A stretch of DNA of 64,000 bases from a candidate division WOR-3 bacterium (GCA_027053075.1 JALUEE010000033.1:96001-160000), one strand, 5' to 3'; positions 40,246-50,134 are shown, counted from the first letter of the stretch. The notes: generated from the sequence alone by a model not told the origin. Numbers and translations: made by a program.

Positions 40246-41082
40246 TCAGGGAACGAATTTGAACGTAACAGTATGGGTAAGTGGCAGGTCCGGATTATAC
40301 CACAGTGCGTAATCAAACTGGAACTTTCTGACCTTAAGCCCAACGCCGCTGGTGAACCTAAAAAGAGAGCCCTCACTCATCAGTCCGGCACGGAGTTTTG
40401 CAAATTCCAGAACCTTAACTTCCTCTCCAATGGAAATTCTCACAGGATAGTCCTTTGATTCTCTGAGTTCAAATGATGTCAGCGAATACCTGCCACCCTT
40501 GAAAGAGACTCCACCCTGAATCCAGAATGGTAGCTCTTCGGTGCCTGTTTGAGCCGTAAGCCTCGGATTATTCAGATTGTGAATGGAAAACCCAAGGCTC
40601 CATCTATCATAAATCTTTGCAAGAACACCAAAATCAATGCCAAAAGTGGTTGCATTTCCAAGATTCATGGGATTCTGGAGATGATAGACATTGAGGTTGA
40701 AACCGGCATATAAATTTGACGAGACGGGAAATCCATGCGAAAGCACGATGGTATTCTCAGCATAGGTCTCATTATCAAACTGCGCTGAAAGCCTCAGAAT
40801 AGAGACTGCAAACTTGCGATTGAGGATTTTGAGAGGTCCATACTGGAGTGTCAGCCCTTTTAGTCCGGCTCCGAGTGAGGAGTAAAGGTAGTTGTAATAG
40901 GCTGATATTTCGCGACCGTTCAGGGTAGCCGTAGCAGCGGGGTTAAAAATCACGCCTTCCACGCCCTCTGCGATGGATGTGTAAGCATTGGCAAGGGCAT
41001 CGGAGCGTGAGCCTGAGTAGTCAAACTCAAAGGCTGCATTCAAAAGAGAAAATGTGAGAATAACAATTCCTATCCATTTCAT
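40246..41082 (-). CDS. PorV/PorQ-family outer-membrane beta-barrel protein
   Basis: GSRSDALANAY...FNPA, GIDFG, NLNNP, LRAG and FQFDYA motifs. Confidence 0.72.
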   Translation of the reverse strand: MKWIGIVILTFSLLNAAFEFDYSGSRSDALANAYTSIAEGVEGVIFNPAATATLNGREISAYYNYLYSSLGAGLKGLTLQYGPLKILNRKFAVSILRLSAQFDNETYAENTIVLSHGFPVSSNLYAGFNLNVYHLQNPMNLGNATTFGIDFGVLAKIYDRWSLGFSIHNLNNPRLTAQTGTEELPFWIQGGVSFKGGRYSLTSFELRESKDYPVRISIGEEVKVLEFAKLRAGLMSEGSLFRFTSGVGLKVRKFQFDYALWYNPDLPLTHTVTFKFVP

Positions 41083-41138
41083 ACCCCACAATTATAATTG
41101 ACCTTCCTCAAAATATACAAGCTGGGGGAAAATGAGGA

Positions 41139-41301
41139 GGAGATGGGATGAGTGAGTGGTTTCTTCCCTACCCCTGGGGCTTTACCCCTGAGAGGAGATA
41201 TCTCCTCTCAGGGGGGCCTCGTTATTCGTGCCTGAATCACTCGATTCAGGAGGTTAGGCTATTTTTCAAACACTCTGAGAGGAGATGCTCATCCCATCTC
41301 C
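41139..41301. repeat. Nested palindromic element
   Basis: Outer 14-bp inverted repeat at 41139-41152/41288-41301; 30-nt perfect palindrome at 41185-41214; hairpin at 41231-41250. Confidence 0.75.
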
Positions 41302-41357
41302 ATTTTTAAATAGCAATAATTTTATAAAACTTTTCCTTTGAGAATTCAAGAGGTCGG

Positions 41358-41710
41358 CAACCTGTTCGAAAATGTTCCTCTGGTTACTTTTAGCTCCGAG
41401 TGAATAGATTGAATATAGAAGTGAGGTTAAACAAGTTACCTTAAGCATCTTAAGTAGCAAACTCCCCCCCTTCCTCTGGAAGGGAGGGTTGGGGTGGAAT
41501 GGATAAATTTAGTTGTATCAATGTATGTTCAGAAATATAGCTCCATTAGACATTTCAAATCCAAGGATTGTTAATTTTACCCCATTCTCCCCTGCCCCCT
41601 CCTTCCCCTGGGAAGGAGGGAGAATTTACGACGGGTCTGCTATAATTAATGGGATTATGAGGGTCTTTTAAAAAGGTGCAACTTAAATTTAGGATATTTC
41701 GAACAGGCTC
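41358..41710. mobile_element. MITE-like element, family A copy 2, with 9-bp target-site duplication
   Basis: Ends CAACCTGTTCGAAAATGTTCCT and AGGATATTTCGAACAGGCTC, flanked directly by AGAGGTCGG at 41349-41357 and 41711-41719. Confidence 0.85.
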
Positions 41711-41755
41711 AGAGGTCGGTGAGTCCTGAAAGATCATCCCTCAGGTTCTACCATT

Positions 41756-43483
41756 TCATATGTCAAGAATTTGCTGCTGGATGGTAAACATTGAGTAGTA
41801 GAGACCCTTTTTCGCAATCAGCTCATCATGCGTGCCGCTTTCCACAATCCTGCCAGATTTCAGCACAAAAATTTCATCCATCAGGTGCATGTGTGTTAGT
41901 TTGTGAGTTATGAAAATTATCGTCTTTTCCCTCAGTGCCTCAAAAATATCGTCAAGAATAGCCCTTTCGGTAATGGCATCGAGATTTGCCGTGGGCTCAT
42001 CAAGAATTAGGATTGGACTGCCTTTTAAGACAATTCGTGCAAGGGCTATTCTCTGCCTTTCACCACCACTCAAAAGTCCGCCGTGTTCCCCCACAAATGT
42101 GTCGTAACCCTCAGGCAGGCTCATTATAAAATCGTGTATCCTGGCTATGCTTGCAGCCCTGATAAGGTCCTCATCACTGGCGTTAGGCCTGGCAAGCAGT
42201 ATGTTTTCCCTGATTGTTCCGGTAAAAAGGTAGGTTCTCTGCGTCATCACACTGACAAGGTCCCGCACAGTCTCCTGCTTGAGGTCCCGAATTTCAACGC
42301 CACCTATCCTGATGCTGCCCGATTTATAGTCCCAGAATCTCAAAAGAAGATTTGCAATGGTCGATTTCCCCGCTCCACTTGGGCCCACAACTGCCACCTT
42401 CCCACCCTCACTAACATTCAGAGAGATATTTTTCAAAACAGGCTCTATTTCATAGGCAAAAGTTAGATTATCAATCTTTACATCGAACCTCTCAGGCGGA
42501 GATGACGGATTTACGGGATCAATGACAGCCGGTTTTTTATCCACAATCTCGAAAAGTCTTTTCCCCGCTTCAATAGTGCTTTCGAGAAGCTGAGCTGCAC
42601 CTGGCAATGGTAGAATCGCCTCAAAGCTCGTCAGGGCTGCAAGAGAGAGAACCGCGATCATTACCCCTCTAAGCTTCCCGAGGTCATGGAAATGGATGGC
42701 AATAATAAGAACTGCGAGTGCGCCAAATCCTGAGAAAATGAGAAGCAGCCCATTTTGCACTCCTTCGAGGTTTCCAAGTTCCTTCTCAATTTTTATCATG
42801 GCATTTCCATGTGAGTTCACTTTTTCAAGCTGTTTTCTATCGTAGCCAAAAACAATGAGATCAGCGAGTCCTTGAACCGCGTCCACAATACTGGTGTAAA
42901 GCCTTCCTCTTTCTCTTATAAGTCTCCTGCCCTTGCTCCGGGCGGTTAGATATGCAAATCCAGGCACAAAGAGTGCTCCAGATAGTAGAAACCCTGCGAG
43001 TACAATTGAAAAAATCTTTCCCCAAATACCCATGAAAATCGCCATTATCAACAGTATGATTAAGAAAACAAAAGGAGGGTAGACCACACGAACGAACAGA
43101 TTTTCAAGAGTCTCAATATCTGAAACAATCCTCGAGAGAATTTCCCCAGATTTGTATGAAATGAGCCCTGCCGGCACCAGAGGCTCAAGTTTTTCGTAAA
43201 ACCAGACCCTGATATACCCGAGAATTTTAAATGTGAGGTTGTGGGCAAAAAGTCGCTCAAAATACCTGAAAACACCCCTTGAGATTCCAAAGAATCTCAC
43301 TCCTGTGATCGCAAGCTGAAGGGTGTAGAGCGCCGGGTGCAGTGCCGCTTTCGCTATGATGTAAGCAGATGTGGCCATCAGTCCTACACTGCTCAAAATT
43401 GTTGCTACTCCGAGAAGCGCTGCAGCAAAGATACCAGAAACGTATGGCTTCAGAAACGCAAGCAGCCTTCGAAGTGTCCTCAT
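41756..43483 (-). CDS. cydC: Thiol reductant/heme ABC exporter subunit CydC
   Basis: GVRFFGISRGVFRYFERL..H and ABC motifs GPSGAGKS, LSGGERQR. Confidence 0.93.
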   Translation of the reverse strand: MRTLRRLLAFLKPYVSGIFAAALLGVATILSSVGLMATSAYIIAKAALHPALYTLQLAITGVRFFGISRGVFRYFERLFAHNLTFKILGYIRVWFYEKLEPLVPAGLISYKSGEILSRIVSDIETLENLFVRVVYPPFVFLIILLIMAIFMGIWGKIFSIVLAGFLLSGALFVPGFAYLTARSKGRRLIRERGRLYTSIVDAVQGLADLIVFGYDRKQLEKVNSHGNAMIKIEKELGNLEGVQNGLLLIFSGFGALAVLIIAIHFHDLGKLRGVMIAVLSLAALTSFEAILPLPGAAQLLESTIEAGKRLFEIVDKKPAVIDPVNPSSPPERFDVKIDNLTFAYEIEPVLKNISLNVSEGGKVAVVGPSGAGKSTIANLLLRFWDYKSGSIRIGGVEIRDLKQETVRDLVSVMTQRTYLFTGTIRENILLARPNASDEDLIRAASIARIHDFIMSLPEGYDTFVGEHGGLLSGGERQRIALARIVLKGSPILILDEPTANLDAITERAILDDIFEALREKTIIFITHKLTHMHLMDEIFVLKSGRIVESGTHDELIAKKGLYYSMFTIQQQILDI

Positions 43484-45186
43484 GCCTCACCCCTTACGAG
43501 TTTTGAATAAAATCCACCTTCACGGATGAGCTCATCGTGGATACCTGTCTCAATTATTCTGCCGTCTCTCACAACAGCTATTTTGTCTGCACGGTAAACG
43601 GTTGTGAGTCTATGGGCTATTATCAGGGCTGTCTTATTCTTCAGAAGCTCTTCGGTGGCCAGAGTGATTTTTCTCTCGATTTCCGGGTCAAGGTTTGCCG
43701 TTGCCTCATCAAGGATCAGGATGGGTGCATTTTTTAAAAAGGCACGAGCAAGAGCTATCCTCTGCACCTGTCCGCCACTCAAACGGGTTCCCTGCTCCCC
43801 AACCTGAGTATCATATCCGTCGGGCAAGTCTTTAATAAATTCGTGGGCATAAGCCTTCTTTGCCGCCATTTCTACTTCTTCCATGCTTGCATCTGGCTTT
43901 GCTATTCTGATGTTCTCAAGCACGGTGGAATTAAAGATGTAGGGATTCTGCGGAACCCAGGAGATAAGCTTTCGCCATGAGCCATCATCAATCTGGTCAA
44001 GTGGAATTCCATCCACAAGTATCGTCCCATCGTTCGGCTCGATAAATTTCAATAAAAGCTGGGCAATAGTGCTTTTCCCGGCACCAGTGGGGCCAACAAG
44101 CGCAATCTTCTCTCCCTTCTTGATTTCAAGGTTAACTCCGTGCAAGACCTCTCGCTCGCCATAGGAAAACCTGACATTTTCGAAAATTATGCTACCTTTG
44201 AATTTGAAGACCGTGATATGGGGCTTTTTACCGGTCTCGCGTTTCAGAATTTCAAAAATACGGTTTGCGGCCTCCACACCAGCCATTCCAGCATGAAACC
44301 TGGCCCCGAGCTGTCTGAAAGGCGTATAAAATTCAGGTGCAAGGAGCAGTATGAAAAAGGCCTCGCTGAATTGTAATTTGGCGTAAAGAAGTCGCAGCCC
44401 GATTTCAACGGCAACAATCGCGGTGCTCAAAGTGGCGATAAGCTCAAGGGTGAGTGCGGAAATAAAAGCTACTTTAAGAACACTTATGGTGGTTTTTCTA
44501 AATTCGTCAACTATGCGGCGAAGTCTTTCCTTTTCGGCGCGAGAACGGTTAAGGGCCTTGAGCGTGGTGAGTCCCTGAATTACATCAAGCAGGTAGGCGC
44601 TCATCTTGCCCAGGGTTCTCCATTGCCTCTTTGTCACCTTTTCCGCCACGAGTCCTATCAGCATCATGAAAAACGGTATCAGGGGCGCGGTAATAATAAA
44701 AATCAGGCCAGTGTAAAAGTCACGGGGAAAGACAAAAATCAGGACCATGAGCGGAATAACAGCGGTGAGAATCACCTGAGGAATGTATTCACGAATGTAT
44801 GGGTCGAGCTTTTCAATACCCTCGGTGAGAGTGGATACAAGCTCTCCGGTGCGCTCACTCCTTGTAAAAGAGGGACCGAGTTCAACAATCTTTTCCATGA
44901 GCCTCCTTCTCAAATTATCCCTGATACTCATGGAAAGGTTTGTGGCGATGAGGCTATTTGTCCATACAAAGACAGCCCTGAGAACAATGACAATGGCAAG
45001 GACAATAATAGGTGTTTCGAGGTCCTGAAGATGCATGTGACCGAGAAAGGCATTGTTCACAATTTTGCTAAAAAACCAGGCCTGAAGCACTATAAAAAAT
45101 CCAATGAGAATGCTCGTTGAAAGTAAAAGAATCACGTATGAAGATTTTTTTCTTATCTCACCAACAAGCCTTTTATCAAACTTCAT
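43480..45186 (-). CDS. cydD: Thiol reductant/heme ABC exporter subunit CydD
   Basis: APLIPFFM.LIG, LLLAPEFYTP.R.LG..FH and ABC motifs; start at ATG 45186. Confidence 0.93.
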   Translation of the reverse strand: MKFDKRLVGEIRKKSSYVILLLSTSILIGFFIVLQAWFFSKIVNNAFLGHMHLQDLETPIIVLAIVIVLRAVFVWTNSLIATNLSMSIRDNLRRRLMEKIVELGPSFTRSERTGELVSTLTEGIEKLDPYIREYIPQVILTAVIPLMVLIFVFPRDFYTGLIFIITAPLIPFFMMLIGLVAEKVTKRQWRTLGKMSAYLLDVIQGLTTLKALNRSRAEKERLRRIVDEFRKTTISVLKVAFISALTLELIATLSTAIVAVEIGLRLLYAKLQFSEAFFILLLAPEFYTPFRQLGARFHAGMAGVEAANRIFEILKRETGKKPHITVFKFKGSIIFENVRFSYGEREVLHGVNLEIKKGEKIALVGPTGAGKSTIAQLLLKFIEPNDGTILVDGIPLDQIDDGSWRKLISWVPQNPYIFNSTVLENIRIAKPDASMEEVEMAAKKAYAHEFIKDLPDGYDTQVGEQGTRLSGGQVQRIALARAFLKNAPILILDEATANLDPEIERKITLATEELLKNKTALIIAHRLTTVYRADKIAVVRDGRIIETGIHDELIREGGFYSKLVRGEA

Positions 45187-45807
45187 GGCAATAAATTTTA
45201 CGCCAAAAACCCACAAAATACCTTTATGAGAAAAATTCCTAAAACGAGTACCGGGAGGGATTCAAATTTATACTACGTGAATATATGCAGCCTCCATAAA
45301 AATCCATTCTAATATGAGTGGGGAAATAAATATCACACTATGGTCAAGTCAATTTATTTTCGTGGTAACCACGAATCTTTTTCTTAAATGGGGGGAAATG
45401 ATAACAACAAATTAATTGTATCAGCCGTCCCATTGTAACCTCTACTTCCATTTAGCAAGGTTTAGGAATGGTAAGATGAAGTGGTATAAAAGTGGTAAAC
45501 AAATTAAAAAGTAGCGATCTCCTATTCATGGTAATTAACCATCTGATCTAAAATCTATGAGAAATGACTCTCACTCCCAATTTGTAAAACATAAAAAACA
45601 CCTTGAAAAATATACCAATTTACAATATACTGGGATCAAATTTTAATATTAGTGTGACTTTTTGAAAGTTCTTTTTTAAAATTTTTGATATTTTCAATTA
45701 CTTTGGCAAAATATTTTAATTGTTAATGCTGTTCCAATGGCCAATAAAAACTAAATAGACTTGAGTCAGGAATTGGTGGTTGCATTGTTTTAAAGGAGAG
45801 ATAGATT

Positions 45808-47589
45808 ATGGACTACAGACATAAATTATTAATAAATGTACTTGATCGTCTTCGTAATGAGGCTCCAAATCATTATAGATCTTATCACAGCGAAGATTAT
45901 GAAGGGACACAACGTGCAAGATCAAAGGCATTAATTCACCTGTATCTTCTTGTAAAGTTTGGAGAGACTGATTTCGAAGCTAGACATAATTTTATCACTG
46001 ATGGCCCAGATGATGGAGGTGTAGATGCATATTATTTTGATGAAAGACGCAAGATATTATATCTTGTTCAGTCTAAATTCCGTGAAAATGTTGTTACCCG
46101 GAGGAGCATCTTAGCGGAAGAATTAATAAAAATGGAGGTCGGGGCTATATTACAGGGTAGCACCACTTATTACGATAGAGCAGGCAACAAAAGAGAGTTT
46201 AATGAAAAGATAAAGCGATTACAAGAAAAATGGAGTAGACTTCCAGATCAAGCAAGGTATATATACAAAATCGTAATTTTAGGAGGGGCACAAAAGTACA
46301 ATGATCACCAGATCAGAAGACTGTTAGGATTGGGAGAGAATGAGCCCTTCGAGTTTTATGACTATGAACGTATTTACGAGGAGATATTATTTCCGTTTTG
46401 CGCCAGCGACTTCTATGACCCTGAGGAAATAGTAATAGAACTTAACTTGCAAAATAAGGAACAATCAGTGCTTAGACAAACCGTCAAAACCCAACAAGGC
46501 GAGTTCCAAGTTAGGGTGGTTTTTGTACCAGTTGAGGAAATTGGTCGGGTATTATCCAAGTATAAAAATGCAATATTAAAATTCAATCCTAGAAACTACC
46601 TGAGTCTTTCAAGAAATCAAGTTAACAAAGCTATTAGAGATGGAATACTTAATTCAAACACGAACGATTTTGCAATCTATAACAATGGTATCACTATGCT
46701 GTGCAGCGAATTTATGATTAGCGAAACAACCGGCAGAAAGAATAGAGGTCAGGTAATTTTAGAGAAGCCGCAAATTATCAATGGAGGCCAAACAGCTTAT
46801 GTCCTAAGTGAAATTTATGAAGATGCATCAAAACGCAATTTAATGAAAGGAAAAGAAGTCCTTTTGAGAGCGATAGTTATACCCTCTGATTTAGATGATA
46901 AAAGTGTAAGGGAATTTATTTCAGGAGTATCAAATGCCACTAATCAGCAAAGTAAAGTAGAAGAAGCCGATCGACGTTCCAATGATGAAGTTTTGATTCA
47001 GGTACAAAAACGGATCTTTCAGGAGTTTGGATATTTGCTTGAGAGAAAACGAGGAGAATTCTATACAGCTATAGAGAGAGGCTATGTTGACAAAAATAGA
47101 ATAATTGGTCGTGTTGATTTGCTTCAAGCCTATTGGGCGTTTCTGGGACATCCTGGTGATGCACGCCGAAGCAAAAACCAATTATTCAAGGATAAGATTT
47201 TTAAGAAAATTATGGGCACAGGTGAAAATTATAAAGTAATGTTGTTTGCAGCTCTAATATTGGCTCGATTGCGCAAAGAGAGTATGGATAGTGATTGGGG
47301 CAGTGGTTTGAGATATGGGAAATTGTCAATAGTAGCGGCTTCAAAATATCTTGTGCCTGAGCCTTATGAGATTTCACCAAATAACCTGGAAAATCTTGTG
47401 TCTTTGGCGGTCGAAAAGGCTAGAAAGAAATGGGCTGAATTTGAAACATGGTTGCAAAATCAAAGGCATAATGCTAACTATAAACGGACCGATGGATTTG
47501 ACTTTGATAATTATTATAAAGGGAAATCAGTAAATCAAGATGTTCAAAATTTCTTTAAAAATACCACTATAAACAAACCCGGAAACTAA
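45808..47589 (+). CDS. AIPR family (abortive infection phage resistance) protein
   Basis: DGPDDGGVDA..VQSK (PD-(D/E)xK-like), NPRNYL, YNNGIT, QIINGGQT, ATNQQ; visibly AT-richer than neighbouring genes. Confidence 0.88.
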   Translation: MDYRHKLLINVLDRLRNEAPNHYRSYHSEDYEGTQRARSKALIHLYLLVKFGETDFEARHNFITDGPDDGGVDAYYFDERRKILYLVQSKFRENVVTRRSILAEELIKMEVGAILQGSTTYYDRAGNKREFNEKIKRLQEKWSRLPDQARYIYKIVILGGAQKYNDHQIRRLLGLGENEPFEFYDYERIYEEILFPFCASDFYDPEEIVIELNLQNKEQSVLRQTVKTQQGEFQVRVVFVPVEEIGRVLSKYKNAILKFNPRNYLSLSRNQVNKAIRDGILNSNTNDFAIYNNGITMLCSEFMISETTGRKNRGQVILEKPQIINGGQTAYVLSEIYEDASKRNLMKGKEVLLRAIVIPSDLDDKSVREFISGVSNATNQQSKVEEADRRSNDEVLIQVQKRIFQEFGYLLERKRGEFYTAIERGYVDKNRIIGRVDLLQAYWAFLGHPGDARRSKNQLFKDKIFKKIMGTGENYKVMLFAALILARLRKESMDSDWGSGLRYGKLSIVAASKYLVPEPYEISPNNLENLVSLAVEKARKKWAEFETWLQNQRHNANYKRTDGFDFDNYYKGKSVNQDVQNFFKNTTINKPGN

Positions 47590-47595
47590 ATTACA

Positions 47596-47735
47596 TTGTA
47601 CAACTCAAGTTTGACACGAGCGGCGAATTTTTGTCGCAATATTGCGGATTTTCAAATTTGGATGTCAATGTAGTGATACGCGTAAAATGATTGAATATCA
47701 ATGGTTTTGGGAGATAGTGTCAAAGTTGAGTACAA
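47596..47735. repeat. Imperfect inverted repeat downstream of the AIPR gene (attC-like)
   Basis: TTGTACAACTCAAGTTTGACAC (47596-47617) versus GTGTCAAAGTTGAGTACAA (47717-47735). Confidence 0.5.
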
Positions 47736-47965
47736 ATTGATAGTTTCGTGCTTTGGAATATTATATCTTGTTATCTCTCTGAGTGCCAAGATGCAACTTC
47801 AGTAATAAAATTTGAGTATATTGCTTCTTAACTAAGATCATATATGATAATGCTATTCCCCTTGGTGTACTAAAATTAATTCCTGCTTTTAACTATAATT
47901 TTCGATGTTCTGTTCTATTTATAAGTAAAAACTATTCGGTTTGTGGAAATTTTAGGAGAAGGGGC

Positions 47966-49135
47966 ATGCGGTGGCGTGAGATTCCTCGAGGAGCTAAAGC
48001 TTATATTCTATATCACACGCTAATTTCGCCCGAGCTCATCGTGTGGTACTTATTGCCACTGTTTATGCTTCGGACAGGCTACTCGGTGCTGGATGTGGGG
48101 GCCTTTTTCACTGCAGTCAACCTTGCCTTTATTCCTTTGACTTACCTTGTTGGTCGCTTCTTTAATCAATATCCACTCAAGTATGGGCTTATCCTGATTG
48201 ATGCCTTTGAAGGAAGTGCCTACATACTTTATAGCCTCGCACAGGGTCCATTGGCACCTCTCGTTCTATTCTTTGGGCGTCTGCTGGAAAATTTATCGGG
48301 TCTATTCTATCCCCTGTATCAGGCTTTTGAGCAGATCATTTACCCTGAAGACCGCTACGAAGAAGTCTATGCCTGGCATCTGAGGCTCCCGGAAATCAGT
48401 CAGTTTGTTGGCTTTTTAGTTCTCGGATACCTTTTCGGTTATGTGTGGAATACACCCCGGAGTTACCGACACGCATTTCTGGCATTTGGGCTATATTCTG
48501 CGGTTATGGTGATTTACATGTTGGTCTTCCTCCCGCCTGTGGACAGAACCGAACGGATTACGTCGGAAGGATGGACCTTCCCCTCTCTTAAGAGTTACAG
48601 TATTCTTTTGTTAATTGAAGGGTTGTATACTGCTGCGGGAGCCATGGCACCAAACTTCGTCCTGTTGTACTACGTTGTGGTTCACCTGAAAAAGACACTC
48701 TTTGAGGTGATGCTTATCGAGGCCGGGATGAGCGTGACGACAGTACTTGCTACTTACGTAAGTGAGCGGGTGCCCAAAACCAGAGGGATGCTTGCCATCA
48801 GCGCAGGCCTTTTATTGAACACACTGAACGTCGGGATAATGTCCATGTCACCATCTTTTCCTTTTGCGTTACTCTCGTACGCGATAGGCCGTTTCGGCAG
48901 CACCCTGGCATTTCCCTTTTACCGGGCATGGCTGTTCGGATTTATTCCGCGAGAGCGCGTAAGCGAGTTCCATGCTGCATTAAGTAGCTACAACCGTTTA
49001 ATCGGCCTTCTAACTCCTCTTCTTGCGGGAGGTCTGGCCTACCTCCATCCCGCATTACCTTACAGAGTCAGTTTGGTGTTATTTCTGGTAACAAGTGGCA
49101 TTTTTGCATGGCAGGCCCGTCACAAAGTTGGTTAA
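47966..49135 (+). CDS. MFS transporter
   Basis: 389 aa, about 12 hydrophobic segments, SD AGGAG. Confidence 0.85.
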   Translation: MRWREIPRGAKAYILYHTLISPELIVWYLLPLFMLRTGYSVLDVGAFFTAVNLAFIPLTYLVGRFFNQYPLKYGLILIDAFEGSAYILYSLAQGPLAPLVLFFGRLLENLSGLFYPLYQAFEQIIYPEDRYEEVYAWHLRLPEISQFVGFLVLGYLFGYVWNTPRSYRHAFLAFGLYSAVMVIYMLVFLPPVDRTERITSEGWTFPSLKSYSILLLIEGLYTAAGAMAPNFVLLYYVVVHLKKTLFEVMLIEAGMSVTTVLATYVSERVPKTRGMLAISAGLLLNTLNVGIMSMSPSFPFALLSYAIGRFGSTLAFPFYRAWLFGFIPRERVSEFHAALSSYNRLIGLLTPLLAGGLAYLHPALPYRVSLVLFLVTSGIFAWQARHKVG

Positions 49136-49360
49136 ATAAATTTCTATCCGCAGCGTTCAATATCCTTAATAATCTGGTCAACTCAAAGTGTTTTAAGCTA
49201 AGTCGTAACATTTGAAATCTTTGGCAGATTCCTGCACTGGCTCACTCTTCTTGTGATGTAGAAAGACAGGTAAGGGTAAAATTCGAATGTAAACTCATCT
49301 TTATGGTCATTCTCTTCGAAAATTCATCATCTACATTTGTAAAACAACTGAATCTAAGTT

Positions 49361-49605
49361 TCCCTCCCCTGCTTGCTTTGCAAGTGGTAAGGGTCTCGAG
49401 AGGGGGCATTCCGCTTGAAATCATCAAAAATTCAATATGTTACCCCTCATCTTACCTCTCCCCGCAAAGAATTTATGCGGGGAGAGGGAGATTCTGGGGC
49501 TGCGAGAAAAATTCTTTCTCAATCTTATTTCATTATGCCACTGCATCTACTAAATTTTCACACACTTCACCCCTACTAAAAAGTATTTATGTGGGGGAGA
49601 GGAAT
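49361..49605. repeat. Family B REP/BoxC-like repeat cluster
   Basis: CCTCTCCCCGCAAAGAATTTATGCGGGGAGAGG and flanks are an inverted homologue of 62175-62250 and 51251-51305. Confidence 0.75.
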
Positions 49606-49708
49606 GTCTCGTGAATGGAAATATTTGAATGAGCTCAACTTTGGGTTGATTTTTTCTCGTTTTTAGTTTAGAATACTTCCAGTTATAAATCCAATTTGAG
49701 GTGATAAC

Positions 49709-50134
49709 ATGGTTACTGTTGAAGAAAGGATTAAAGAATTGAAAAAGCGTGGGTTCAAAATGACCCCGCAGAGGCGCGCGATCATTGAGGCATTGCACAA
49801 CGATCACACACATCCCACAGCTGAAGACCTTTACAACAAGGTCAAACGGATGATGCCCGATATATCGCTTGCCACTGTCTACAACACCCTCGAGCTCCTG
49901 GAAAAGATCGGCGGTGTGCTGAAGCTTGAGGTTATTGGTGGAAAGGCTCACTACGACCCGTTTACTGAGCCCCACATTCACCTTGTTTGCACAATGTGCG
50001 GCAAGATCGTGGACGTGGAAAAACCGGTACCCAAGATTGAACTTTCTGAAGAGGAGAAGCAGGGCTTCAGACTTCAGGGCTACAATATAGTTTTCTACGG
50101 AATTTGCCCTGATTGTCAGCGTAAGTTGAACTGA
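49709..50134 (+). CDS. Fur family transcriptional regulator, PerR-like
   Basis: MTPQRRAI, HPTAE, SLATVYNTL, HIHLVCTMCG and GICPDC motifs. Confidence 0.92.
   Translation: MVTVEERIKELKKRGFKMTPQRRAIIEALHNDHTHPTAEDLYNKVKRMMPDISLATVYNTLELLEKIGGVLKLEVIGGKAHYDPFTEPHIHLVCTMCGKIVDVEKPVPKIELSEEEKQGFRLQGYNIVFYGICPDCQRKLN

Noticed and set aside
45247..45267. Possible degenerate tRNA 3' end (att site) at the left edge of the AIPR island
   Set aside because: Only about 20 nt, the T-loop is imperfect and there is no matching tRNA in the window
49242..49614. Short ORFs in repeat clusters (also 41266-41737 and 62010-62296)
   Set aside because: They are translations of palindromic repeats
49660..49700. PerR/Fur box upstream of the Fur-family gene
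   Set aside because: Only a weak partial match in AT-rich DNA
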